Notes under the pieces: generated by a model
Seen by the model: the letters and a program-made list of their open reading frames with translations, nothing else
What the model was told of the DNA's origin: nothing
Database searches by the model: none
Part shown: one piece after another, positions 1 to 11,268 of the stretch
How the letters are laid out: each line of letters begins with the position of its first letter
How positions within the stretch are numbered: the stretch's first letter is position 1
Virus record (IMG/VR): IMGVR_UViG_3300044829_000002
Location: 1-64,000 of that record
Length of the DNA stretch: 64,000 nt
Reading direction: 5' to 3' (one strand)
From: a virus
Lineage: Duplodnaviria > Caudoviricetes
Translations under genes and position numbers: made by a program

Positions 1-687
1 GCCGGGGCACATCGTTGATGCCCGCATGTACTCGTCGGCCAGCGCTGCGGCGCTCACCGACTCATCGGCGTCATGCACCGACGAGCTGGCTGGCCTGCCG
101 CAACTCCTCACGCCGCAGATGTGATGCCGCCTGCCGGTGCGCGGCACGAACTCATGCGGCACGGCCAGCCCGAGCTGGCGCAGCCGTTCGGTGGCGACCT
201 CGTCCAGCAGCTCGTCCAGCGCCTTGGGTACCGGGTCGTCGTTCGGCATCTGCACGGATAGCTCACCCAGCTCGACCATTCTCAGCGGCTCTCGCAGATC
301 GTCATGGCTGGCACCGCGTGCGCGAGCTACCCCGTAGACGTAGGTCAGCCGCTCGGACAAGCGTCTCTGCTCAGCCTGCTCAGCTCGCGCCCATTGCTCG
401 GTGCGAGCAATCTCCTCGTCGGCCCGTTGCAGCAGCGCCTTGGTCACCCGTTGGTGCTCTTGCGCCTGCCGGTAGGACTTGGCCTTGATCACCACGTAAT
501 CCTGTTCGGTCAGGAACGCCTTGGCGTGCTCGACGGTCAGCTCAGCGAGCGTCGGCCGCAGCGCGACCCAGGCGAGCACGGCGTGAGCCACAGCCACCGC
601 CGCTTCATCCGGTGTCTTGCCGTTCAGCCGCGCCTCGTGTAGCGCCGCCACGGCGTCCTGTGCAACCTCCGGGTCCAGCTCGGTCAT
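1..687 (-). CDS. Hypothetical phage protein, partial (runs off left edge; absent from ORF track)
   Basis: ATG at 687 overlaps the stop of the upstream ORF. Manual translation MTELDPEVAQDAVAALHEARLNG...SYRQAQEHQRVTKALL...RRLSERLTYVYGVARARGASHDDLREPL stays open to base 1. Confidence 0.65.
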   Translation of the reverse strand, partial: MTELDPEVAQDAVAALHEARLNGKTPDEAAVAVAHAVLAWVALRPTLAELTVEHAKAFLTEQDYVVIKAKSYRQAQEHQRVTKALLQRADEEIARTEQWARAEQAEQRRLSERLTYVYGVARARGASHDDLREPLRMVELGELSVQMPNDDPVPKALDELLDEVATERLRQLGLAVPHEFVPRTGRRHHICGVRSCGRPASSSVHDADESVSAAALADEYMRASTMCPG

Positions 688-1169
688 GTCTTGTCCTTCC
701 TGGCACGGCACGCCGCGCCGGTTCCCTCAGCGAACAGATGCGCTGCCTCGTTCAAAGTGTCGATCTTGACTCGTGCCCACAGCGCCTCGTCCTCGGTGAA
801 CCCGCCGTCGATCTGGCCTTGCAATTGCTGTGCTCGACGGTGCAGCACGTTACGCACGTACGACCGCTCCTGCTCGGACGCGAGTAGCTTGCCCCGCAGC
901 ACGAATCGCTCCATCCTCGGGATCTTGAACGTGCCCCGCATGACACAGCCCTGCAACCGGCGGAATTGCTCCGCGTGCGGCAGCGAGTGCATGTCGAACT
1001 CGGTCAGATCCTCCGCGTACACGTTCAGGTGCAGCTCGTCGGCCAGATGTGTCACGTACGCGGCCAGGTGATCAAGCGCGTCCTGCTCGGTCCAGTGCAT
1101 GGTGCGTTCCCACTGAGCCGTCTCGCCGGGGATGGTCAGCATCCACACGTCGGTCACTTCTGCAACCAC
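684..1169 (-). CDS. Hypothetical protein
   Basis: 161-aa ORF of normal composition; its stop overlaps the next start. Confidence 0.55.
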   Translation of the reverse strand: MVAEVTDVWMLTIPGETAQWERTMHWTEQDALDHLAAYVTHLADELHLNVYAEDLTEFDMHSLPHAEQFRRLQGCVMRGTFKIPRMERFVLRGKLLASEQERSYVRNVLHRRAQQLQGQIDGGFTEDEALWARVKIDTLNEAAHLFAEGTGAACRARKDKT

Positions 1170-1947
1170 CGGCGGCGCATGTCGCGCATCAATCCGGTTA
1201 GCTCGCGGGTGAGCGCAATCGGAGTCGGCACGTCATCCTTTGCGTACTGCAACAGGTCGCTATGACGTCGAGCCAGCTCGTAATACCGCTTCTCCAACGG
1301 GCCGACGGTCCTCACGGGATCGCCTGCTCGTGGCCGCTACTCTCCTGATGATCAGCGACGAATCGGGCAGTCATCACCGGATCGCCAGACGCCACGTAGA
1401 GCTGGCACACCGAGCACTTCCATGTGTACGGCATCGCCTTGCGCACTGCCTTTTGCACCTTGCGACGTTCCAGCGAGCGGCCCATCAGAATGCCGCTGCC
1501 GTACAGCGCTGCCAGCAGCAGCACGTCAATTATCCAGCTCATCATTGCCACTTCCCATCGTTGAGCATCCACGATGTGAGCGCGCCCAGCCCACCGGCAG
1601 CGCCGATGCACAGGAGTGACAGCGTGGCGAACCGCCAGCCGAGATCCTTCCACCACGCCGTGACCAGTGCCCCGATCGGTGCAGCGATCACGAGTGTCAG
1701 TATCACGGCCCCGGCGATCTGTAGGCCCGTCACGGCTTGTCACCCGGCCCGGTCCACTGGAACGGCTCGCCCTCGACGGCCATGTCCAACAGCGCCACCT
1801 TGTAGCAGTTGTCACAGACGCGCTCGCTCGGCAAGTCTTCCGCCCGGATCTCGCCGAACGTCGCCGTTGCCTCATCGATCGCGTCCTGATCCGACCACGT
1901 CGGGTCGATGACGAACGCGTGGTGGCACATGGCGCACGTGAACGTCT

Positions 1948-2361
1948 TCATAGCGGTGCCTCCACGACGAGCTGGAACCCGGTGCCGTAGTAGCCGTTGC
2001 CGTCGCTGCCGGAGATCGTGGCAAGGTTGATCTGGGCGTTGTCCGCGTACACGAAGATCCGGTAGGTGTTCGTCGGGAAGCCGAAAGGGTCAGACACGCA
2101 AGTGCTTTCCTCGGCCACCACGTTCACGGCAGTGATCACGTTGTCCACCGCGACCAACTCGCGCAGGCTGTAGTTGCCGTTGGAGCAGCCGCCGCAACCC
2201 ATGTTGGGCACCACGCGGATCTGCGTGCCGTTGTCCAGCGTCAGTCGGCCGTCCACGCCGTAGGGCGGGATCTCCGTCTCTGCCGCGACGATCCGGTGGC
2301 CTATCAGCAGATCACGGATCTTGGCCTGCTCGAAGTGCCGCACCCACCGATCGGCACTCAC
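1948..2361 (-). CDS. Conserved phage hypothetical protein with CxxC motif (LTLDNG...NMGCGGCSNG...DNVITAV)
   Basis: GTG start overlaps the upstream stop (GTGA); motif pattern recalled from an actinophage family. Confidence 0.6.
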   Translation of the reverse strand: MSADRWVRHFEQAKIRDLLIGHRIVAAETEIPPYGVDGRLTLDNGTQIRVVPNMGCGGCSNGNYSLRELVAVDNVITAVNVVAEESTCVSDPFGFPTNTYRIFVYADNAQINLATISGSDGNGYYGTGFQLVVEAPL

Positions 2362-2621
2362 GGCTTCGTCGGCCACTCGTCGGGGTACGGCGTGCCGTCC
2401 GGCGCGGTTTTCAGTGACCGGCCGGTGCGGTTCGGCGACGGACGGGGACGCCACCGCGTCGAGCGGTTCAGGTAGACCCGCTGCGCCTCGATATGAGCGT
2501 TGACACAGTCGTCACAGCGGCAGCCCGAGCGGTAGGACACGTCATTGACGAGCCAGCTAGCGGGGTGCTCGGTGCGCAGTAGAGTCGGTTCGATGTCCAT
2601 CGGGTTGAGCGTGTCGGTCAT
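2358..2621 (-). CDS. Small Zn-binding protein (YRSGCRCDDC motif)
   Basis: Strong RBS GAGGAG, operator and promoter upstream, GCRCxxC motif. Confidence 0.6.
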   Translation of the reverse strand: MTDTLNPMDIEPTLLRTEHPASWLVNDVSYRSGCRCDDCVNAHIEAQRVYLNRSTRWRPRPSPNRTGRSLKTAPDGTPYPDEWPTKP

Positions 2622-2639
2622 GAGCGCTCCTCGGGGTTG

Positions 2640-2658
2640 TGTCGGGTGTAGTGCGACA
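2640..2658 (-). promoter_or_regulatory. Palindromic operator TGTCG-N9-CGACA (copy 1) next to promoter TAGACG-N17-TAACCT
   Basis: Sequence tgtcg-ggtgtagtg-cgaca; minus-strand -10 and -35 read directly. Confidence 0.7.
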
Positions 2659-3564
2659 GGTTACAGCAGCGGCTTGCCGTCGTCTAGCGGGTGTGCGTCG
2701 TCCTCGTACTCGTCGTCCAGCAGATCCCGAGTCGCCGGTGGCCGGACCCGCAGCGCGTCGTCCAACGTCTTGTCCGGCAAGCTGCCCGTGCCGCGTCCCG
2801 GCCGTGCAGCCGGTGTGATCCGGCGACCGCAGCACGGGCACGTGTAGCTGCCTCGCATCTTGCAGTCCCGGTCATGATCACTCATAGCATGTCCGACACG
2901 AGCCGTGCAGCAGGTTCGGCACAATGCGCTTCCCAGTCTCGTCAAGCGGCATCACGCCAGGCTCGTTGATGTTGCACGTCGGGCACGGCATCCCCGCGCC
3001 GCATTCGCAGCTCGACGGCCAGCCCCGGTCAGGGTGGTTCTCGCACACCCAGTAGTCGCCCGAGCAAGTCGCGCACACATGGTCACTCATCGTCGTGCCA
3101 CTCGTCTAGGTTCGGCAGTCGTAGCAGCCGCTCGAAACGGGTGACCCAGCGACGTCGGCGGCGCTCCCAGCGAGCCGCACGCCGGATCTTGCGCTTGCCT
3201 CGTGCATCCGTCGCCAGCATGTCCGGCAGCTCGTCGCATCGGATGCCGCCTCGCTTGACGGTCACCACAGGCAGATCAATCCAGCAACCGGCATTAACGG
3301 CGGCACCGTCGGGCAGCGGGGTGTGCAGTTCCACGCTCGGCGCGACCCAGCCGCCAGCGGCCACCATCCGCTCGCACATCGTTCGTTCGCTCGACGTCTC
3401 CTCCGTCATCGACACAGAGGCTCCCCACTTGACCGGGTTGTGCTCGTGATCAGTCCACACGCCGGTTCGGGCGAATTCACGGCACGGCTCACAGATCCCG
3501 CTCCGAGCCAGCCCGCACGATGCCTCGTGCTGGCCCACCCCGCCGCACACGTCGCACTTGAACA

Positions 3565-3762
3565 TCAGCCGCCTCCGTGATCCTCGATTGGCACGCCCGC
3601 AATCTCGCAGCGTTGCCTCATGTCGGCCGTGCCGTTGCCGCCAGGGAAAGCCAACAGCCGGTCGAGTACGACGCCGTCCCCGTTCGCCATGTGCTGGCCG
3701 ATGATCACCCAGTCACCATGTGCCATGTCAGTGCTCCTCGGGTAAGGCAACCTCAGTGACAC
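3565..3762 (-). CDS. Truncated SLOG/YspA (DUF2493)-like C-terminal fragment
   Basis: LLAFPGGNGTADMRQRCEIAGVPI matches the C-terminal SLOG motif; the N-terminal half is missing. Confidence 0.45.
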   Translation of the reverse strand: MSLRLPYPRSTDMAHGDWVIIGQHMANGDGVVLDRLLAFPGGNGTADMRQRCEIAGVPIEDHGGG

Positions 3763-4313
3763 CCGACAGTCGAGCGGCGCACCCGGCGCACACCAGATCC
3801 GGGTGAGACTGCCGCAGCGGCGCGGTGTGCGACATGCCGCCGCACTGCCACATCGTCAAGTGGACCGTGTTGCCGCTCGGCAGATGCGTCGCGGCCAGCG
3901 TGTAGCGGACGGCATGGACCTTGCGAGCTAGCGGCCCGCGTGCCGTGGCCCAGGTGACAGTCTTCGGACGGTGTTTGACCACCCGCCAGTCAGCCCATTC
4001 CTGTTGCTCCCGGCCAGTACGAGATCGCCAGCCCCACCGGCCGTCGCCGTAGTAATGCCGAGACAGCAGCCGCCGCCCGACCAGCAGCGTTTCTTGCAGC
4101 GGTGTGCGCCCGTAGTTCACGGGTCCACGTCCTCGTCGGGCACGATGTCCAGCTCGGTGATGTGGCACGGGTGCTCGGCAGCGCACGTGACAGCGGCCAG
4201 CTCGGTCAGCCCTTGCGCCAGCAGGCCGTGCGTCTGGCACACGAGACTCCATCCGTCGTCCGGCTCGTACTCGTCGGTGTCGTCGGCCAGGCAGAACGGC
4301 ACTAGGTCACCCA

Positions 4314-4505
4314 TCAGTGCGCGCCGAACATGGCAGTGAGGAACCCGGCGAACACAGCAGCGATGATCCCCGTAGCGAGCACAGCGCAGAACGCGAATAC
4401 CGACCAGTAGGCCAGCGCACGGAACGGCGGCGTATCCGGCAGCTTGCGCGTAGGCCGGTGGCGGGCAACAGAATGGCGGGTAGCTGCGTACGGCGTGATC
4501 GTCAT
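4314..4505 (-). CDS. Small membrane protein
   Basis: C-terminal hydrophobic helix; RBS AAGGAA; operator upstream. Confidence 0.55.
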   Translation of the reverse strand: MTITPYAATRHSVARHRPTRKLPDTPPFRALAYWSVFAFCAVLATGIIAAVFAGFLTAMFGAH

Positions 4506-4530
4506 GGCGGGCGGTTCCTTACTTGGGGTG

Positions 4531-4549
4531 TGTCGTGCTCGGTGCGACA
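4531..4549 (-). promoter_or_regulatory. Palindromic operator TGTCG-N9-CGACA (copy 2)
   Basis: tgtcg-tgctcggtg-cgaca; -10-like TAGTCT immediately upstream on the minus strand. Confidence 0.7.
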
Positions 4550-4760
4550 AGACTATCTCGGATAGTCGCTGCGGTACAGACCTCACGACCCGTCGTCCTC
4601 CGCTCGGCGCTGTAGCTCGCGCTTCAACTCAGCCAGCGCAGCAGTGCCGCGTAGGCCCGCTTGCTCGATCTTGTGCAGTCCCTCCACAAAAGCTGCACTA
4701 CGCCGCTTGCTCTCCTCGATCCACGCGGCGACCGCATCAGACAGCCAGTCCGAGCCGTCG

Positions 4761-5366
4761 TCACTCATCGTCGGCCTTGTCGATCTTGGCGTTGACCTCG
4801 TCCATGTGGGCCGCTCCGGTGGACATCAGCGCCCGCAGGACGGTGCCCCGGTCGGTCTTGTGTTCGGCAGCCAGTTGATTGACCAGCTTGTCGGCCGTGG
4901 CGGTCAAGCGGAAGCTGGCTACTCTGCGTTCGGTCATGGCCTGATCGTATACGACATCCTCTACTGCTCGATCAGACCCGTACCACTTGCTCATCGGCGG
5001 TGGGAACGGCACGCGGCCTATGCCCGTGTCGCAATACAGCAGCACCCACACGCCAGGAACAGCCGCGCCAACTCTCAGCGGATCTCGTCGCACCACTGGC
5101 ACGTTAGACGGTGCCCGTTGGTCGTACTTGCTGATGATCCAACCCAACTCCCGAGACTCGGCGCCGTAGGAATGCACCGACCGATGGGAGTCGCCGCACA
5201 GCGCGAGCAGATTACAGACGCAATCGGCGCCGACTGAGCGGGACAGCCGGTGGTGCGCTTGCATCGTGTCCATAGTTATGGACACGCCGCATATCTCGCA
5301 GCGACCGAGCGCACGGGTCCACACGGCCAGCCGAGCGTCGGCGTATTTCATGGTGTGCCCGCTCAT
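4761..5366 (-). CDS. HNH endonuclease fused in frame to a C-terminal ribbon-helix-helix domain (possible separate leaderless RHH start at 4937)
   Basis: RCEICG...HHRLSRS...NLLALCGDSH (HNH), then MTERRVASFRLTATADKLVNQLAAEHKTDRGTVLRALM (RHH pattern); TACGAT lies 6 nt before the internal ATG. Confidence 0.65.
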   Translation of the reverse strand: MSGHTMKYADARLAVWTRALGRCEICGVSITMDTMQAHHRLSRSVGADCVCNLLALCGDSHRSVHSYGAESRELGWIISKYDQRAPSNVPVVRRDPLRVGAAVPGVWVLLYCDTGIGRVPFPPPMSKWYGSDRAVEDVVYDQAMTERRVASFRLTATADKLVNQLAAEHKTDRGTVLRALMSTGAAHMDEVNAKIDKADDE

Positions 5367-5638
5367 GCGCGTGATATCCGCGTGAGCCGAATGAACGTCC
5401 ATTCGGGGTACTCCTCCGACGGTGTGGCCCGCAGCCGGTAGCCGTGGCGCATGGCCGATAAGTCGATCTGTCTGGTCAACTCGCTCAACACGGTGCATTC
5501 GATCGTGATCGGTTTCTCGTATTGCATCCGGGCGTCGAGTTGCCCGGTGCCGTACCCGGCGACGAACGCCGCATCTTCATATGGCCCGCCGACTGATGTC
5601 ACAACCACGAATGGCATGACCAACCCGTAGCCGCTCAT
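5363..5638 (-). CDS. Conserved phage hypothetical protein
   Basis: ATGA coupling to the next gene; motif GGPYEDAAFVAGY. Confidence 0.5.
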   Translation of the reverse strand: MSGYGLVMPFVVVTSVGGPYEDAAFVAGYGTGQLDARMQYEKPITIECTVLSELTRQIDLSAMRHGYRLRATPSEEYPEWTFIRLTRISRA

Positions 5639-6278
5639 CGATCATCCGCCCCATAGATGTCTATGCGGAATCGTCCGCATTGCTTCCTGAATCGCTTCAA
5701 GATTCCGCGTGATCCGGTCCAGCCGTTCCTGGTCGTGCACTGGACACCACAGCGGACCCCATGACGTTCCCGCAGGCTCGGAGCACCCGGATTCGACGCA
5801 TGTACGCCCGGACGGCTCCTGGCAGACGTGCCCGCTTTCTGACTGGCATTCAGGATGACTCATCGGTTGGCCTCCGCTCGGTGCACCACGGATCAGGACC
5901 GGCGTCGATCAGAACGAACCTCGCCACCGGGTGCAGCATGCTCATAGCTGCCCGTTCAGTGTCTTAGCCATGCACTCCGGGCAGACCTCGCCGTCCTCAT
6001 CCGAGTACCAGCCCACCGGCTGGCCGGTGAGCACTTGGATCGGGTTGTAGCTGCGGATGTCGCGCATGGTCCGCTCACGGTGACACAGACTGCACTTCAC
6101 AGCGGCGGGGTGTCGATTATCGGCCGGAACCCGATCGTCGGGTGTTCCATTCTCAGTTGCCATTCCGCATCCTCATCTTCCTCGTCCTCTCCATTGACAC
6201 ATGCCCGGTCCTCGTTGCTCGTGCAGTCCGACGGGCACTCGCCGGTGTCGCTGAACGGGCAGAACGGGTCGCTAGTCA

Positions 6279-6809
6279 TCACTCGCTCCGCTTGGGCATC
6301 GGCAGACTCAGGTTGTATCGCAGCGCCTTAAGCACCCACTGATTACGGGACAGGCCGACGGCCTTGGCTCGCTTGTCGATCGCAGCGCGGAGTTGGTCGT
6401 CGTCCGGTCTGACGAGGAAGGACTGGCCGTCTGCGAGGGGAGTACGCGACAGAGACGGACTGCTAACTGATCGAGCGGTCTTTGTGGCACGTCGGCTATT
6501 GGCAACCTGCTCTTGTTGCGTCGCCCATCGAATATTGCCCGGCTCATAGTGGCCGTCATTATCGATTCGATCGATACTCCACCCCTTGCCTGGATGATCG
6601 CCAATTGTGGTCAGCACGTAGGCACGGAAGACATCGAAGGACGCTTCCCATGCCGGGTCAACTTTGATGCCGCGCCCGCCGTAGTGTTTCCAGTTCTGCT
6701 GACTCGGGTAATTGCACCGTGCCCGCATCCCGCGCCACAACACATAGAGAGGCGTGCCGGTTCGCCCGTCGTTCAGAGTCAAAGCGAACCTCCATCTGGT
6801 TGATACCAT
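6279..6809 (-). CDS. HNH-type endonuclease fused to a C-terminal RHH (Arc/CopG-like) domain
   Basis: LYVLWRGMRARC...YGGRGIKV...SIDRIDNDGHYEPGNIRWAT, followed by SFLVRPDDDQLRAAIDKRAKAVGLSRNQWVLKAL. Confidence 0.8.
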   Translation of the reverse strand: MVSTRWRFALTLNDGRTGTPLYVLWRGMRARCNYPSQQNWKHYGGRGIKVDPAWEASFDVFRAYVLTTIGDHPGKGWSIDRIDNDGHYEPGNIRWATQQEQVANSRRATKTARSVSSPSLSRTPLADGQSFLVRPDDDQLRAAIDKRAKAVGLSRNQWVLKALRYNLSLPMPKRSE

Positions 6810-8201
6810 CCGCCGTAAACATTACCAGAGCGATATCACAGATCAGGCCAGGCTCGACCCGGCGCTGTCCCATCCGGTGCCTCGCCCACTTCCACGGCAT
6901 CCTCGTCACGCTCACTCACGGAACGGGTCCAGCATCGGCAGAATCGCTCTCAGCGTGTCGGCCCCACGCCCCGCAGCCGCACAGAAACACCCTGCAACGC
7001 GGCGCTGCCTCAAAGCTGGCGTCCACAGCATCACCCCGCCGAACAGGCTCGGTGTGATGCTGCACCAGATGCCCGCACTGACAAGTACCTGGAGGCCGCT
7101 CAACAGCAGGATTATCCGGCGCTGGCGGCTCGTCCGGCCGGAAATGGAACGCATCCCCGTGATGCTCCCAGTCGTCATCGGCGGGAACGTCTGCTGTTAT
7201 GTCATACCAGCCGACCATCGGTATCACCCCGGCGTTGTAGGCATCGATTATGGCAGTCAGATGGCCTGAGCGGCACCGCACCTTATAGATCACGCATGCT
7301 TGGCCGATGCGCCTGCCGGTTGTTCGGTGTTCTGGCTGGTTCACCGTATGTTCCTCGTGTGTTTGGTGGAAACCCCAAGGGTGGCTTGGCCTCGTTTACG
7401 GCGTATGTTGGCTATTGAACCGCCGTAACCAACGGTCCATAGATGGCACGCACGGCCACACAGCCTTGCAGCGGGCGCAGATCATCCCGCCTTGACGGAT
7501 CAGATTCACCGGGACATGCGGGCCGACGTCCACTTGCGCCCCAGTAGCGGGCACGTCGTCGCCGCGCTTCCACTCGGTCATGGATGTTTTCCCCTCAGAA
7601 CGATCACAGCTTCGGCGGCGACAGGCAGATGCCCTTGGCCGTTCATGGCGAGACTGCCCGTCCCGTCGGGATAGACCGTCAGCACGTAGTCGATCAGGCC
7701 CACAACAGGATCATCGAATGTCCAGATCACTTGCTCGGCAGGCGTCATGACATCAGCCTCGCATCCCTGACGGTCTTCAATTCCTGGCGCGCATGCTTGG
7801 CGCACATCGACAACCATTTGGCCTCGCCAGCTACCCACACCACGGCTTGGGTCAGCCGCTCGCAGCCCCCGGCGTCGCACGTATCGGTCAATACCACCGT
7901 CTGCGGTGTCCAGCCGTTCTCATGCATGACGTTGCTTCCTCTCGATCGCCCGATCTCGTCGTCTGCGCAGATCAGCTATCGCCGCGTTGCGTGGCGAGTC
8001 GGCCTCGATCGCCCGCAGCGGTACATGCCCAACGTGATAGAACCCCGTGTCGGCTCGGCACGGGTAGACCGTGACGCCGTGAGTGACCCCGTTGTTTGAG
8101 CCTGCGGGCCTCAGCCTTGGCAGCCTTGCGGTCGATCCAACTCACCTTGTCACCGCACGTCTTGCAGCGGCCCATAGCCCGTCTCGTGTAGCTGCGGCGA
8201 G

Positions 8202-8744
8202 TCACGGGAACCGCACCGGAAGACGCTCGTCAGGCACCCGGCACTTGCCCCGGGCGAGCGGGTGGATCGGCTCGCCCGACTTGGTACGGCCCAGGCAGTA
8301 GATGTTCGGGTAGTGCCACAGTATGCGCTTCATGCGGTAGATGTGCGCGCCGTACCGTGTTGGGACGTTATTCCCCCACGCGGCCATGACCGTGCTCGAC
8401 GCGTCCAGCGCGGCATAGAACCAGTTGACCCAGTCCGGGCCGATCGGGTCATCAGCCGTCCGCAGCTCACGCGGGTCGCTCGCACAGTAGGCGAACGCGT
8501 TGATCAGGATGCACCGGCCGTAACCCCACCGCTGGGAGAACTTGACCACCCGCAGCAACGTCGGATCATTGATCATCGCGCTCGCCTTGGACGGGTTGAG
8601 CATGTCCCAGCAGATCGTCGGCAGGATCGTGTCCCACGTGCGGGTCAGTTGATAGCGGTACGCGTGATCATCAGAGAACACAGCCTCGCCGTACATGAGA
8701 CTGCCGTCAGGCATCGGCAGCTCGGCGCGCTCGACGTCGGTCAT
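8202..8744 (-). CDS. DUF1643 family protein
   Basis: YRYQLTRTW...MLNPS...DPTL...WGYG...NAFAYCASDP...AAWGN...HPL motif series. Confidence 0.85.
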   Translation of the reverse strand: MTDVERAELPMPDGSLMYGEAVFSDDHAYRYQLTRTWDTILPTICWDMLNPSKASAMINDPTLLRVVKFSQRWGYGRCILINAFAYCASDPRELRTADDPIGPDWVNWFYAALDASSTVMAAWGNNVPTRYGAHIYRMKRILWHYPNIYCLGRTKSGEPIHPLARGKCRVPDERLPVRFP

Positions 8745-9541
8745 AACCCGAACCGGATCACGGAGGCCATGAGGCAGGCGAAATTGGGACACAGCCCGAG
8801 CTGCCCGAAATGCCCCAAGTTCACGTGGATCTCGGCCTGCCGTTCGGCCAACTCGACCAGCCGCTCCGTCTGCGCCTTGTCCAACAGCGGCGGATCTTCC
8901 TTGCTGAGCCGGATCTCCTCCTCCTGCTCAGCAAGGTCGAGACACAGCAACCCGTACTGGATCTGGTCGCCGGGGTCGAGCGCGCTCCATGTGTCTTTCC
9001 ACGCGGAAACGATCGCGCTCGCAGAGTTCCGCAGCAGGTCAACGTAGTCATTCATCATGTTCTCCTCATCTGTGCCCGTACGGCCAGCAGTTGCTCAGCC
9101 GTCAACGTCTTGGTGACCGGCGTGCCCGCGTAAAGCTGCAACGTCTCATCCACAGCATGCTCGACCGCCCGTTGTCGCAGCACGAACAGGCGCACCCACA
9201 GCACGCCGAGCACGAACCCGAGCACGACGCCCAATGCAAGGCACGTCCCGACCGCTGCCCACGGCAAGATCACGTCACTCATGGTTTGAACCTTTCGTCA
9301 ATCGGCCACGGGGTGTCCACGAGGGATGCCTGCCACAAGGTCAGCACCCGCTCAGTGGCCCGGATAACGGCGTCAATCTCCCTGCACAAGTGGGGGCCTT
9401 CACGCGGCACCGGCGGTCCCACCATTGAGTGGCACAGCTCACGCGGCGCAGCACGGCAGAACTCGCACGAGATCGCCAGTACGTCAGGATGGTGCATCCC
9501 CTCGATCAGCACCATCAGTTCATCGTGACTCATCACGTCGA

Positions 9542-9898
9542 TCACCCGGTTAGGCATCTTGTCTCGGCCCCCAACGTCCAGGGGTTGCCCTTGTTACGTT
9601 CTCTGTTGTCCGGCGCGCACGATGGGCGAATGTTGTTTCGCCGGTACGTGCCGCCCTTGAACTCGTGTCGCTTGCGCTTGTGATTGCCGACCGACTCCCC
9701 GCACACGGTGCATTCCCAGCCGGGAATGATGCGGTCCACTTCCATCGACTCGTAATCCACCGGCGTCTTGCATTGCCAGCACGGCACGGTGACCCCGTCC
9801 CCGCCGTGTCCGGCCTCCGGTGAGAGCAGCCAGCGGCGGCGCGCTCGCCGGTCCTTAGCAAACCCGCGCTTGTCCGGCTCTTTGCATCGTCTGCACAC
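9542..9898 (-). CDS. HNH endonuclease (actinophage type) with a short Cys/His insertion
   Basis: CWQC...VDRIIPG...GGTYRRNNIRPSCAPDN. Confidence 0.7.
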   Translation of the reverse strand: MCRRCKEPDKRGFAKDRRARRRWLLSPEAGHGGDGVTVPCWQCKTPVDYESMEVDRIIPGWECTVCGESVGNHKRKRHEFKGGTYRRNNIRPSCAPDNRERNKGNPWTLGAETRCLTG

Positions 9899-10812
9899 AG
9901 CCTCATCCCTCTCACCTAGCCGAACAGCTCGTCCTGCAACACATGCAGGATGGACCGCAAGTCATGATCGTTGCGTGCCCATCTGTCGATAGCCTCTCCC
10001 AGCTCGGGGTGTCGCCGCTCGACTTCCTCGACCACCACGTCATATCGCTCACCGCGTGCGCTGAAATACGCGGCCGGTACGTGCGCCAGTTGCAGCTCCA
10101 TCCGCTCGGCCAGCCGCAGCAGCGTCAGGTCATCGAACCACGCCAGCACCGCGTGACTCATGGCTCCGTCACGATCTCTTGCACGATCGTCTGAGGCAGC
10201 AGACTCGATACGATGCCGTTCTCCCATTCGATCTCGCAGCTTGTTCGCAAGTGATGGATGCCCGTGATGACGCCCGAATGAGTTGGCCGCTCAGCGGCAT
10301 TTACTGCCACCACGTACTTGCCGATCCAGCGCTGAGTCAGATCAGCAGCGTGCGACGGTGACGCGGTAACCACCGGCGGCGTCAGAATGGCGGCTGCCAC
10401 ATCAGCAAACGCCCGCTGCAACTCGACTATCGCCTGTGCCACGGCGGCATCGCGTGCGGTCGCCCGGATCATTGCATCGGGGTATGTTTTCCACTGGTCG
10501 CTCATGATCTTCCCTTCATCTTGCGTTCCCATTGCCTGTAAGACTCAGCGCCGGTGTCGGCCAATGCCGCCTCGTGCAACGCGGCAGCGGCGTCCAGATG
10601 CTCGTGACGGCACGACGTCTCGCACAGACTGGGATCCCAGAAACTTGGGCTAGCCGGGACCAACCAGGACCACACTCCTTTGTCTGTGTCGTCCACGACG
10701 GAGAACAGCTCGTCGTCATATCTGTTGCGATAGTTCCTGCGGTGCCCGACGCGGCGGTGTCCCTCGTCAGTCTCCAACCATTCGACGGCCGGAGTGAGTG
10801 CGAATCGTCTAC

Positions 10813-11268
10813 TCATACCGTCAACTGTCTGGCGATGCGGCGCAGCAGCTCCGGCTTGGGCACCCACAGCGCCTCGTGCCCCGGCCACTGAATCGGAGCG
10901 ATGCGGCGCGGTTTCTCAAACGCCAGGTGGAACAGTCGAGCGCCATGTCGGTCAGCGACGCCGGTGACGATGCCACTGGCCGCGAACTGAGCATGAGTCT
11001 CAGCACCCGACCCGATCCGGCAGCAGCGATGAGTGACCGGGCCTCGCTCGGTGTCCTCGACGGAATCAGACGCCTCGTGGACGTCGATCAACTCAGCAAC
11101 CCCGAGCACAACGCCGTGCGGCAGCTCCCTCCCGCCCGCCGCATAGCGTTGGCCGGTGTGAATCAGGACGAGGCCACGGTAGTCGGTTGACCATGTTCGG
11201 TTTTCGATCGTCTTTGACCCGGACATCAGCTCGTCGGCGAATGGCTGTCGCAGCGTTATGGCCCTCAT
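10813..11268 (-). CDS. ASCH domain protein
   Basis: MRAITLRQPFADELMSGSKTIENRTWSTDYRGLVLIH...G.VLGVAELIDV...PGHEALW. Confidence 0.9.
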   Translation of the reverse strand: MRAITLRQPFADELMSGSKTIENRTWSTDYRGLVLIHTGQRYAAGGRELPHGVVLGVAELIDVHEASDSVEDTERGPVTHRCCRIGSGAETHAQFAASGIVTGVADRHGARLFHLAFEKPRRIAPIQWPGHEALWVPKPELLRRIARQLTV

